The notes beneath the pieces were generated by a model, which did no database searches, was not told the origin of the DNA, and saw only the letters and a program-made list of their open reading frames with translations. Source: Candidatus Tepidifontimicrobium thermophilum (GTDB taxonomy: Bacteria; Sysuimicrobiota; Sysuimicrobiia; Sysuimicrobiales; Sysuimicrobiaceae). From it: a stretch of 64,000 nt of DNA. A program made the translations under genes and the position numbers. Below, piece by piece: positions 47,072 to 55,600 of this stretch. The stretch's first letter is position 1. Every line of letters starts with the position of its first letter. The stretch is taken from contig JAVKHO010000011.1 in assembly GCA_031459915.1 (NCBI GenBank), forward strand, positions 20,878 to 84,877. Reading direction: 5' to 3'.

Positions 47072-47986
47072 CTAGACGCCCAGCGGCCGGCTGAGGGTCG
47101 CCAGCCGCACGGGGGAGACCACGCCTTCCTCGGTGATGTACGCGGTCACCAGGCGGTCCGGCGTGGGCTCGTACAGGATCGAGGACACCTCCACGCCCTC
47201 CGGCGGGGTCCAGTCCGCGGCCAGGTCCTCCGGCGCTCCCACCACCGTGGTGACCGAGTCGCCCCGGAGGGTGGGCGGCAGGATCTTGATGGTCTCCGTG
47301 GCCACGTAGCTCGGGACGCCGTGCGCGTGGGCGCAGGTCATCAGGGGCCGGGTCCCCACCTTGTTGACGAAGCTCCCGTCCAGGGACACCGCCTCCGCGC
47401 CCGTGAGGACTGCGGAGGCCACGTCCATGTAGTACCCCATGGCGGCGTCCACGGTGAGGGTGACGGAGATCCCCAGCTGCGCCAGCGCTTCCGCCATCCG
47501 GCGCCCCTCCAGGTACGGGCGGGCCTCGAACACCACCACGCTGAGGTCGGGGTTGTGCTGGTACAACTCCTCCAGCACCGCGTACACGGTGCGGCTGTAC
47601 GAGAGGGTGAGGATGACCTCGTACTCCGCCAGGGCCTCTGCCCCGTGGTGGGCGATCCGCGCGTGGGACTCGGCCACGTGGGCGCGGTACCCCCGCAGCC
47701 AGTCCTGTAACTCCTCGCGCATCTGGGCCAGGGGCACGCCCTCCCGGAGCATCTCCGCGGCGAACTGCACCATCCGGTACCGGAGGTTGTGCAGGGGCGC
47801 GGTGGCAGGCTTGCGCTCGGCCAGCTGCCGGGTCGCCTCGTCCAGGCCGTGCACGAAGGCGCGCGGGTCTAGGTCCGGCTGCTCGGCCAGCCACAGCTCC
47901 AGCGCCTCCGCCGCGGCCAGCGCGATCTCCGTGGCGCTTTCCCGGGTCATCCCCTCGATGGCCCGCAACCGGTCCGGCCAGCCCAC
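47072..47986 (-). CDS. eIF-2B alpha/beta/delta family protein (MtnA/R15Pi superfamily)
   Basis: LTLSYSRTV, EARPYLEG, GAEAV, NKVGT, YEPTP, ITEEG. Confidence 0.85.
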   Translation of the reverse strand: MGWPDRLRAIEGMTRESATEIALAAAEALELWLAEQPDLDPRAFVHGLDEATRQLAERKPATAPLHNLRYRMVQFAAEMLREGVPLAQMREELQDWLRGYRAHVAESHARIAHHGAEALAEYEVILTLSYSRTVYAVLEELYQHNPDLSVVVFEARPYLEGRRMAEALAQLGISVTLTVDAAMGYYMDVASAVLTGAEAVSLDGSFVNKVGTRPLMTCAHAHGVPSYVATETIKILPPTLRGDSVTTVVGAPEDLAADWTPPEGVEVSSILYEPTPDRLVTAYITEEGVVSPVRLATLSRPLGV

Positions 47987-48053
47987 GCCCTCAGTATCCC
48001 ACGGGTGCGGCCCCCGGAGGATTCCCGGACCGCCGCGTTCAAATCTGCGCGGT

Positions 48054-48536
48054 GTGGGGCGGTCTCCGGACGTACGGATCCGTCCCGCGGAGCCGCGGGA
48101 CGTCCCAGCCCTGGTGGAGCTGTGGGGCGAGCTGGCGCGCCTTCACGAGCGCCTGGACGGAGCGTTCGCCCTGAGCCGCGGCTGGCGTCGGGCCTACGCG
48201 GACTACCTGAGCCACCTGCTGGGTCGAGAGGACGTGCGGGTGGTGGTGGCCGACAGCGGCGGCCAGCTGGTAGGACTCGCGGTGGGCCGGATCACCCTGC
48301 TGCCCGCCTTCTTCCGCCAGCGGCGTCGGGGCTACATCCAGGACGTGTACACCCGGGAGGGCTACCGGGGCCGGGGCATCGCGCGTGCCATGCTGGATCA
48401 CATCGAGGCGTGGTTGCGGCGGCAGGGGGTGCGCCGGGTGGAACTCACCGTGGCGGCGGGCAACCCGGAGGCTGAGGCGTTCTGGGAGCGGGCAGGCTAC
48501 CGGACGTACATGGTGTACCGGGCGAAGGAGCTGTAA
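48054..48536 (+). CDS. GNAT family N-acetyltransferase
   Basis: IRPA...D, YRGRGIA, N..A..FW..GY. Confidence 0.88.
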   Translation: MGRSPDVRIRPAEPRDVPALVELWGELARLHERLDGAFALSRGWRRAYADYLSHLLGREDVRVVVADSGGQLVGLAVGRITLLPAFFRQRRRGYIQDVYTREGYRGRGIARAMLDHIEAWLRRQGVRRVELTVAAGNPEAEAFWERAGYRTYMVYRAKEL

Positions 48537-48579
48537 AACGGCGGGTTCCCCCAGCCCGTGGCTCCAGACGGGAGGCAGC

Positions 48580-49557
48580 GTGGTGCACTGGGATCGGGTT
48601 CGGGCGGCTTTGGCGGGCCAGGTGGCGGACTTCCCGCCCGTGGCCCTGTGGCGGCACTTCCCGGGACAGGATCAGCGGGCGGACACGCTGGCAGAGGCCC
48701 ACGTGACGTGGTGGCGCCGGTTCGGCCTGGACCTCCTGAAAGTGACCCCCGCGAGCGGCTACTACGGGGACGACTGGGGCCTGCGCGCCGCCTACCGGCC
48801 CAACCGGGAGGGCGTGCGGACCTACCTCGACCGGCCCGTGAAGCGGCCGGAGGACTGGGCGCGCCTGCGCCGGCTGGACGTCACCGCCGGCGCGTACGGG
48901 CGGGAACTGCGGGCGCTGCGCCTGGTTCGCCAGGCGGTGGGGGGTGAGGTACCGGTCCTGGCCACGGTGTTCAGCCCCCTGACGGTGGCGAGGACTCTGG
49001 CCGGCGACCGGGCGGTGGTCCGGTACCTGCGAGAGCAGCCCGAGGCGCTCCACGCGGGCCTGGAGATCGTCACCGAGGTGACGGCGCGCTTCGCCGCGGA
49101 GTGCCTGGCCGCTGGCGCGGACGGGCTGTTCTTCGCCACCCAGATGGCGTGCGAGGCCGCCCTCACCGAAGAGGAGTACGAGACCTTCGGCCGTCCGTAC
49201 GACCTGAGGGTCCTGCAGGCGGCCTCCGGAGCGGAGATCCTACTCCTGCACGCCCACGGCGAGCGGCCGTACTTCGACCTCCTGGCGGAGTACCCGGTGC
49301 ACGGGCTGAACTGGCACGACCGACGCACCCCGCCTTCCCTCCAGGAGGCGCGGCGTCGGTACGCTGGCTGCCTGTGCGGCGGGATCGACGAGGTCCACTT
49401 TGCAGACCGAACCCCCGAACAGGTAGCAGAGGAGGCGCACGACGCGCTGCAGCAGACGGGCGGCCGGGGGCATGTGGTCACGCCGGGCTGCGTGATCCCC
49501 ACGGACACCCCGGACGCCAACGTCCACGCGGTCGTCCGGGCCGTCCGGACGCGCTGA
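48580..49557 (+). CDS. Uroporphyrinogen decarboxylase family protein
   Basis: PVALWRHF, TVFSPL, GADGLF, LHAHG, GGID, PGC. Confidence 0.85.
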   Translation: MVHWDRVRAALAGQVADFPPVALWRHFPGQDQRADTLAEAHVTWWRRFGLDLLKVTPASGYYGDDWGLRAAYRPNREGVRTYLDRPVKRPEDWARLRRLDVTAGAYGRELRALRLVRQAVGGEVPVLATVFSPLTVARTLAGDRAVVRYLREQPEALHAGLEIVTEVTARFAAECLAAGADGLFFATQMACEAALTEEEYETFGRPYDLRVLQAASGAEILLLHAHGERPYFDLLAEYPVHGLNWHDRRTPPSLQEARRRYAGCLCGGIDEVHFADRTPEQVAEEAHDALQQTGGRGHVVTPGCVIPTDTPDANVHAVVRAVRTR

Positions 49558-50125
49558 CCGGCAGGACCTGTACCGGGCCCCCTGGGTTCCCCGCCGGACC
49601 GTAGGACGCCCTAATCGAGCCGGGGCTGCGCTCCGCATCCACCACCCAGTGCTCTGGAGTCCCCGCTCGCGCGTAGTCCGGAAGCTTCTCCGTGAGGTCG
49701 ACAGTCCGCGTCGAGGGGCTCGTCACCTCGATCACCGGCACGGGCCGGGAGGGGGCTCCCGTGAGCACGAGCGGAGTCTTCCGGCCTTACCACGAACAAG
49801 TCCGGTCCCGCACAACCTCCGGCGACAGCCGGATCGCCGCCGGCCCCATCAGAGCTTTTCCCCAACCCTTCGCCTCGCAGTACCCACGCAAAAGCGAGTA
49901 CAGGAACCCCACCTCATCCTGATGCTCAGCCGATGCGGGAGAGTACGCGACCACCTCTCCGTAAGCGAACTCCCAGCGGGCGTGCTCCGGCGCTTCCCGC
50001 AAATATCTCTCCAACGTCCAGCCCCCAAGCCGCACCACGTAAGGCTCCTGGATGAGTTCCTTCCGCTCGTCAACCACCATGACCTTCATGAAGACCCTCG
50101 CCCTCCCAAGCTCCTCATTCTTCAT
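49478..50125 (-). pseudogene. Uma2 family (PD-(D/E)xK) endonuclease pseudogene
   Basis: WEFAYGEV..SPAS..HQ / PDLFVV / IEVTSPST...EK..YARAG..EHWVVD split across three frames; 3' end degraded. Confidence 0.8.
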
Positions 50126-50141
50126 CCGGACACCGCTCCAG

Positions 50142-50561
50142 CTAGGACCGCGAACCGGGCGGCAGGGGAACAGGGGGCGCAAACGGGTTACCGCGGGGCG
50201 TCGGGAAACCCGGTCCGGGTACGGAAGGCGCGGGCTGCAAAGGGATCAGCTCCTGCGGACCCGTGGGCCTACCGTCGGGCCCGATCCCAGGACCGGGCCG
50301 CATCTCGTAGAAGCGCCCGTTGAAGAACAGGTACACCCGGGCCTCGCACTCCTCTCCCTGGCCCGGCTGCGGACGCGCACCGGGGAACTGGCGGCCGGGC
50401 CCCGGGAGTGGGATCAGCTCCTGGAGCGGGGCCTGCACGGGCACGGCTAGGGGCCCTCGGGCCCCCGCCGCCTTCGATCCAGCGGAGTAGCCCGCGGCCC
50501 ACACCCCCGCAGCACCCCCAAGCGCCGTGAGGGTCACCAACACCCAGCGCCAGATCCCCAT
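50142..50561 (-). CDS. Hypothetical Pro/Gly-rich membrane-anchored protein
   Basis: N-terminal TM/signal, GGAGGG RBS, repeated QELIPL. Confidence 0.6.
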   Translation of the reverse strand: MGIWRWVLVTLTALGGAAGVWAAGYSAGSKAAGARGPLAVPVQAPLQELIPLPGPGRQFPGARPQPGQGEECEARVYLFFNGRFYEMRPGPGIGPDGRPTGPQELIPLQPAPSVPGPGFPTPRGNPFAPPVPLPPGSRS

Positions 50562-50630
50562 GGCACCCCTCCACCCTCGGTCTGGGTCTACTGTACCACG
50601 GCTGGCTTTCGCAGTTGTGTAAGGAGGAAC

Positions 50631-53006
50631 TCACCCGCCGTGCCGCTTGTCCAGGTTCGCAAACCGCGACGTCTCCTTGTGGAAGAACAGCTCCAGGTCG
50701 TCCGTGGGGCCGTTGCGGTGCTTGGCCACCCGGACGAGGGCCACGTTCTCCTTGCCCTCCCGACGCGCCCGCTCGGGGTCGTAGTAGTCCTCCCGGTACA
50801 GGAAGAGGACCACGTCCGCCACCTGCTCCAGCTCCCCGCTCTCCCTCAGGTGGGACAGCATGGGGATCTTGGACCCCCCCTGCTCCGCGGCCCGGGACAG
50901 CTGGGACACAGCCAGGATGGGGACCTCCAGCTCTTTGGCCAGGGACTTGATGGCGCGCGCGATCTCGCTGAGCTCCTGGGTCCGGTTCTCCGTCCGCCTG
51001 TAGGACTGGATGAGCTGGATGTAGTCCACCACGATGAGCCCGAGCCCGTGCTCGGCCTTGAGCTTGCGGGACTTGGCCCGCATCTCCACCACCGACAGGT
51101 TGGAGGAGTCGTCGATGAAGATCGGGGCTTCCACCAGGACGCCCATGGCGCGGGTCAGCCGGCGCCAGTCCGTCTCCGACAGGTAGCCCCGGCGCAGACG
51201 CTGACCGTCCACCTGGGCCTGCGCACACAGCATCCGCTGGACCAGCTGCTCCGCGCTGGTCTCCAGGGAGAAGATGGCCACGGGGATGCGGTGCTCTGTG
51301 GCCGCGTGCTGCGCGATGTTCAGGCAGAAGGTGGTGTTGTGAACGCACACGTCGTTGGCCACGAAGTTGTGGGTGTCGGGCACGGTGAGGTCGTAGACGG
51401 GGTGGTGGCCGGTGTACTCCACGGAGACGATGGGGTCCCACACCACCTCCGGCTCCGGCAGCAGCGGCTCGGGCGCGTAGCGGGCCCACTGCCGCAGCCG
51501 TTCCCAGCCCAGGACCCCGCAGGTCCGCAGCAGCTGCAGTGCGGCCCGCCCACGGGCCTCCAGGACGACACCGCCGTCCCAGGCGCTCAACACCCCCAGG
51601 CGCAGGAGGAGGTGCTGGACCTGCCGGGCCATGGTCGCGTTGGGCAGCTCCGCCCGGATGCTGAATTCATCGGACCGCTCCGCCTCCGGGCGCGCCCAGC
51701 GGTCGGGGTCTCCCTGCACGGAGGCCACGCACGCCAGCAGACAGCGCAGCAGCAGGCACAGCTTGGTCCGGTTTAACTGGAAGGCCACAGCCGGCAGCCT
51801 CCGCCGCCCGTCCGGCTCCGCCAGCTCGGGGTAGTCCTGGAGGAACTCGGCTACCACCACAGCGGCGTCCTGGGGCTGCACGTCCGCCGGGTCCGACCGG
51901 AGGCCCAGAGTCCCCACCAGCGCGGGCACCCGGGAAGCCCGCACCGCGGCCGCCGCGGAGGCGGCGTCCAGGAAGTCCCGGCTCACCTCCGGGTGGGCGG
52001 GCAACCGCCCCGCGGCTAGGTACGCCATCAGCCGCACCTCCGCGCCGGGGAGATCCACGGTCCCGAACACGGGTATCCGAGCGGGTACCGCCACGAAGTG
52101 ACCAGGCCGCAAAGACGCCAGGGGCTTCCAGCCCTCCGGGGTCAGGAAGGGATGGGTGGCCGTGACCTCTACTTCGCGGCCCAGGGCGGTCCGCACCCGG
52201 AACGTGGGCTTGACCCCGTCGTCCACGAAGTGCGACGGCCTGGCCTCCCGCAGCCGCCCACCGTCCAGGGTCAGCACCGCCCCGTCGCCTGACCGCACCA
52301 CCTCCTCGATGGTGCGCAGCAGGCCCGTGCGGGGGTCCACGACCAGCGTGTCGTGTTTCAGACACTTGCCCATGGACGGCCGGGCGGCCACGATCACCAG
52401 GTCCCCCCGCTGCAGCCCGCCGGTGAGCTCGTCCAGGTCCACGAACCCGGTAGGCACGCCGGTGATCATCCCGCGCTCGTAGTGGGCGTCCAGCCGCTCC
52501 ATGGTCTCGCGGATCAACTCCCGGACCGGCTGGAAGTCCTGACGGGTGCGGCGGTTGGCGATCTCGAACACCAGCCGCTCAGCCCGGTCCACCAGCACCT
52601 CCACGTCCTCGTCGCCCTCGAACCCCAGGTGCGCGATCTGGGTGCCCACGCGGATGAGGGCGCGGAGCATGGCCTTCTGCAGGACGATGCGGGCGTAGTA
52701 CTCGGCGTTGGCCGCGGTGGGGACCGCGTTCAGGAGGCTGGACACGTACGCCGCCCCGCCGGCCTCCTCCAGCTTGCCCAGGTCCCGCAGCCGGTCGGTG
52801 ACGGTGATGAGGTCCACCGGCTCCCCGCGTTCGAACAGGTCCACGATGGCCGAGTACACGAGGCGGTGGGCCTCCCGGTAGAAGTCTTCCGGCCGCAGCA
52901 GCTCCACCACCGCGGCGATGGCGTCCCGATCCAGCAGCATGGACCCGAGGACGCCCATCTCCGCCTCCAGGCTCTGGGGCGGGACTCGGTCCACGGCGAT
53001 AGCCAT
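50631..53006 (-). CDS. dnaB: Replicative DNA helicase, intein-containing
   Basis: PPQSLEAE, ARPSMGK|T, VDYIQL, SQLSR, LRESG.LEQ, KHRNGP. Confidence 0.97.
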   Translation of the reverse strand: MAIAVDRVPPQSLEAEMGVLGSMLLDRDAIAAVVELLRPEDFYREAHRLVYSAIVDLFERGEPVDLITVTDRLRDLGKLEEAGGAAYVSSLLNAVPTAANAEYYARIVLQKAMLRALIRVGTQIAHLGFEGDEDVEVLVDRAERLVFEIANRRTRQDFQPVRELIRETMERLDAHYERGMITGVPTGFVDLDELTGGLQRGDLVIVAARPSMGKCLKHDTLVVDPRTGLLRTIEEVVRSGDGAVLTLDGGRLREARPSHFVDDGVKPTFRVRTALGREVEVTATHPFLTPEGWKPLASLRPGHFVAVPARIPVFGTVDLPGAEVRLMAYLAAGRLPAHPEVSRDFLDAASAAAAVRASRVPALVGTLGLRSDPADVQPQDAAVVVAEFLQDYPELAEPDGRRRLPAVAFQLNRTKLCLLLRCLLACVASVQGDPDRWARPEAERSDEFSIRAELPNATMARQVQHLLLRLGVLSAWDGGVVLEARGRAALQLLRTCGVLGWERLRQWARYAPEPLLPEPEVVWDPIVSVEYTGHHPVYDLTVPDTHNFVANDVCVHNTTFCLNIAQHAATEHRIPVAIFSLETSAEQLVQRMLCAQAQVDGQRLRRGYLSETDWRRLTRAMGVLVEAPIFIDDSSNLSVVEMRAKSRKLKAEHGLGLIVVDYIQLIQSYRRTENRTQELSEIARAIKSLAKELEVPILAVSQLSRAAEQGGSKIPMLSHLRESGELEQVADVVLFLYREDYYDPERARREGKENVALVRVAKHRNGPTDDLELFFHKETSRFANLDKRHGG
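51336..52364 (-). mobile_element. Intein (343 aa) in DnaB P-loop with degenerate LAGLIDADG domain
   Basis: Starts CLKHDT, block B TATHPF, ends VYDLTV..HNFVANDVCVHN followed by Thr; removal leaves a 448 aa DnaB. Confidence 0.95.
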
Positions 53007-53018
53007 ATCTACCCCTCC

Positions 53019-53027
53019 ATTGTATCA
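53019..53027 (-). promoter_or_regulatory. Extended -10 promoter for dnaB
   Basis: TGA-TACAAT just upstream of dnaB. Confidence 0.45.
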
Positions 53028-53098
53028 AACGTAGGTTCGCGGGCCTTTGTACGTATCGCAGAATCGCTGTCGTGGACACCGGTCTACCACAGGCCGGG

Positions 53099-53227
53099 TG
53101 TGGAAAGCCGCTGGAAGAACCTGTGGATTGGGCTGGCCTGGGGACGAGGTGGGAGGGCCCGGGGACCTTCCTGGGAGGTGGCTGGGGAAAACCTGTGGGA
53201 GATGTGGGCTGTGGATCGTGTGGACGG
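53099..53227. repeat. Cluster of degenerate DnaA-box-like 9-mers
   Basis: TGTGGAAAG 53099, TGTGGATTG 53122, TGGGGACGA 53139, TGGGGAAAA 53183, TGTGGGAGA 53194, TGTGGATCG 53210, TGTGGACGG 53219 versus consensus TGTGGATAA. Confidence 0.65.
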
Positions 53228-53238
53228 CGTGCGGTTCC

Positions 53239-55161
53239 TCAACGTCGGCGGGCTGGGACCAGCACGTGGGGAAGGGCTTCCTCCACGGTCTGGACCAGCA
53301 CCACCTGCAGCCCGGAGACCTCCGCGGGCAGGTCGTTCTGGTTTTCCTGTGGGACGACCACCTTTTTCATGCCCGCCTGACGGGCGCCGTACAGCTTCTC
53401 GGGGATGCCCCCCACGCCCCGGACCCTCCCCTGGATGCTCACCTCTCCCGTGAGGGCCACGTTCTGGAAGGCGGCCCGGTTCTGCACCGCACTGGCGAGC
53501 GCCGCGGTGATGGCCAGACCCAGGCTCGGTCCGTCCACCAGCCCACCACCCACCACGTTCACGTGCACGTCGTAGTTCGCCAGGTCCACGCCCAACAACC
53601 GACGCAACACCGAAAGAGCGTTGAACACCGAGTCCTTGGCCATCGTCCCCGCGGTCTCGTTGAACCGCACCGTGCCTCTGCCCCGCTGGGCCGCAGGGAA
53701 CACCGCCGCTTCCACCTCCACCACGGAGCCCAGGTAGTGGGAAACGCCCAGTCCGAACACCTTGCCCACCTCCGGGGTGTCCGAGGCCCGGGCACTCGTA
53801 AAGGGACTCAGCCGGGAGACCCGGATCACCTCCAGCATGTCGTCCTCCGTGATGCGGACTCTCCCTCCTCGCCCCTTTCGCCGGTACAGGGCCATGCCGT
53901 AGGCGTCCGCCAGGAGGTTGACCGCCTTCCGGCCCTCCACGGTGTACGCGGCGATGAGCTCGGGCACTCTCGGGTCCAGGCTCACCCGCAGCCGCTTGGC
54001 AGCCTGCACCACGATGCGCTCGATGTCCGACTGCGACAGGGGGTCGAAGAACACCTCCGCGCAGCGAGACCGCAGGGTGGGGCTGATCTCCTCCGGGTCG
54101 CGGGTGGTGGCGCCGATTAAGACGAAGTCCGCGGGCGCTCCCTGCTCGAACAGGCGGCGGACGTACGCGGGGACGTGCGGGTCGTCAGGGTCGTAGTAGC
54201 TGGACTCGAACGTCACCCGCTTGTCCTCCAGCACCTTCAACAGCTTGGCCTGCAGCAGGGGGTCCATCTCCCCGATCTCGTCGATGAACAGCACCCCCCC
54301 GTGCGCCCGGGTGACCAGCCCCAGCTTGGGCTCCGGGATCCCGCCCTCCGCGAAGTCGCGCCGGGAGCCCTGGTAGATGGGGTCGTGGACCGAACCCAGC
54401 AGGGGGTTGGTGACGTCCCGCGGGTCCCACCGGAGGGTGCTGCCGTCCACCTCGACGAACGGCGCGTTGTCCGGGAATGGGGTGTACGGGAGCCGCCGGG
54501 CTTCCTCCAGCGCCAGGCGCGCGACCGTGGTCTTTCCCACCCCCGGGGGGCCGTACAGGATCACGTGCTGCGGGTACGGGGTGGCCAGCTTTGCCAGCAG
54601 GGCCCGGATGGCGCGGTCCTGACCTACCACCTCCTTCAGGCGCCTGGGCCGCAGGGCCTCCAGGGCTGACTGGGACAGCCGCACGCGCTCCAGGGCCTCC
54701 AGCTCCTCCAGCTTCTTGCGTGTGCCGGCGTTCTCCGGGCCCGCGGCCTCCCGCAGCACCTGGAGCCGGATTTCCTGCAGGTAGTCGTCCTGACGTCGGT
54801 TCATCCGCTCGGCGACCTTGCGCTCCAGCTCCTCCTCCACCCGGCGCTGCGCCACCAGGTCCGCCAGCTCCTCCTCGATCTCCGACAGCACCCCGGGGAT
54901 CTCCGCCTCGGAAGGAGCGCGCTGGATGGTGGGGTCGTCGTACACCAACCGCTGTAGCGCCACCACCCGGTCCGCCAGCCGCGGCGACCGCATGAGCGTG
55001 AGGGCCTCCAACTTTCCGGCCTTCACGATGAGCCGCTCGGGACCGTACACGTCGCTGAGCACGCTGAACAGGGCGCCCACCCGGCGTTTGAGCTCCGTGC
55101 GGTCCGGCGCTCCACGGCCCCGCGGCCGGATCCCCCTTGCCGTGCCCGCCCGCTCAGCCAT
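53239..55161 (-). CDS. lonC: Lon family ATP-dependent protease (LonC type)
   Basis: GPPGVGKT, NPLLGSVHDPIYQG, FIDEIGE, DGPS and GGIPEK dyad; sits between rplI and dnaB. Confidence 0.9.
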   Translation of the reverse strand: MAERAGTARGIRPRGRGAPDRTELKRRVGALFSVLSDVYGPERLIVKAGKLEALTLMRSPRLADRVVALQRLVYDDPTIQRAPSEAEIPGVLSEIEEELADLVAQRRVEEELERKVAERMNRRQDDYLQEIRLQVLREAAGPENAGTRKKLEELEALERVRLSQSALEALRPRRLKEVVGQDRAIRALLAKLATPYPQHVILYGPPGVGKTTVARLALEEARRLPYTPFPDNAPFVEVDGSTLRWDPRDVTNPLLGSVHDPIYQGSRRDFAEGGIPEPKLGLVTRAHGGVLFIDEIGEMDPLLQAKLLKVLEDKRVTFESSYYDPDDPHVPAYVRRLFEQGAPADFVLIGATTRDPEEISPTLRSRCAEVFFDPLSQSDIERIVVQAAKRLRVSLDPRVPELIAAYTVEGRKAVNLLADAYGMALYRRKGRGGRVRITEDDMLEVIRVSRLSPFTSARASDTPEVGKVFGLGVSHYLGSVVEVEAAVFPAAQRGRGTVRFNETAGTMAKDSVFNALSVLRRLLGVDLANYDVHVNVVGGGLVDGPSLGLAITAALASAVQNRAAFQNVALTGEVSIQGRVRGVGGIPEKLYGARQAGMKKVVVPQENQNDLPAEVSGLQVVLVQTVEEALPHVLVPARRR

Positions 55162-55600
55162 CGCCGGTCACCTGCACCTCCACTTCCACGTGCTGCCCGT
55201 GCGGCAGCCGGATCCCGACCCGGTAGGTCCCCACGGCCTTGATGGGCTCCGGCAGCTCCACCTGCTTGCGATCCACCTCGAACCCCATCTGCCGCAAGGC
55301 CTCCGCCACCTGCTGTGCAGTTACCGCCCCGAACAGCCTTCCCGCGGCGCCGGCTTTGGCCCGGATCCGCACAGGTCGGCTGCGCAGGGCCTGGGCCATG
55401 TGGGCCACCCGTTCCCGCTCCCGTGCCAGCTTCCGATCCCGCGCCGCCCGCTCCTGCTCCAGGGCGCGCAGCTGCCCTTCCGTGGCCTCCCGGGCCAGGC
55501 CCCGGGGCAGCAGGTAGTTCCGGGCGTAGCCCTCCCGCACCTCCACTACGGAGCCGGCCTTGCCCAGGGACGGCACGTCCTTCACGAGGATCACCTTCAT
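55154..55600 (-). CDS. rplI: 50S ribosomal protein L9
   Basis: MKVIL.KDV..LGKAG, GYARNYL, GRLFGAVT. Confidence 0.97.
   Translation of the reverse strand: MKVILVKDVPSLGKAGSVVEVREGYARNYLLPRGLAREATEGQLRALEQERAARDRKLARERERVAHMAQALRSRPVRIRAKAGAAGRLFGAVTAQQVAEALRQMGFEVDRKQVELPEPIKAVGTYRVGIRLPHGQHVEVEVQVTGDG

Noticed and set aside
48580..49557. Assigning hemE
   Set aside because: Lacks the MRQAGR signature and has no heme gene context; left as URO-D family
53099..53227. CRISPR array or oriC proper
   Set aside because: Repeats are only 9 bp and irregularly spaced; no dnaA/dnaN nearby and no clear unwinding element
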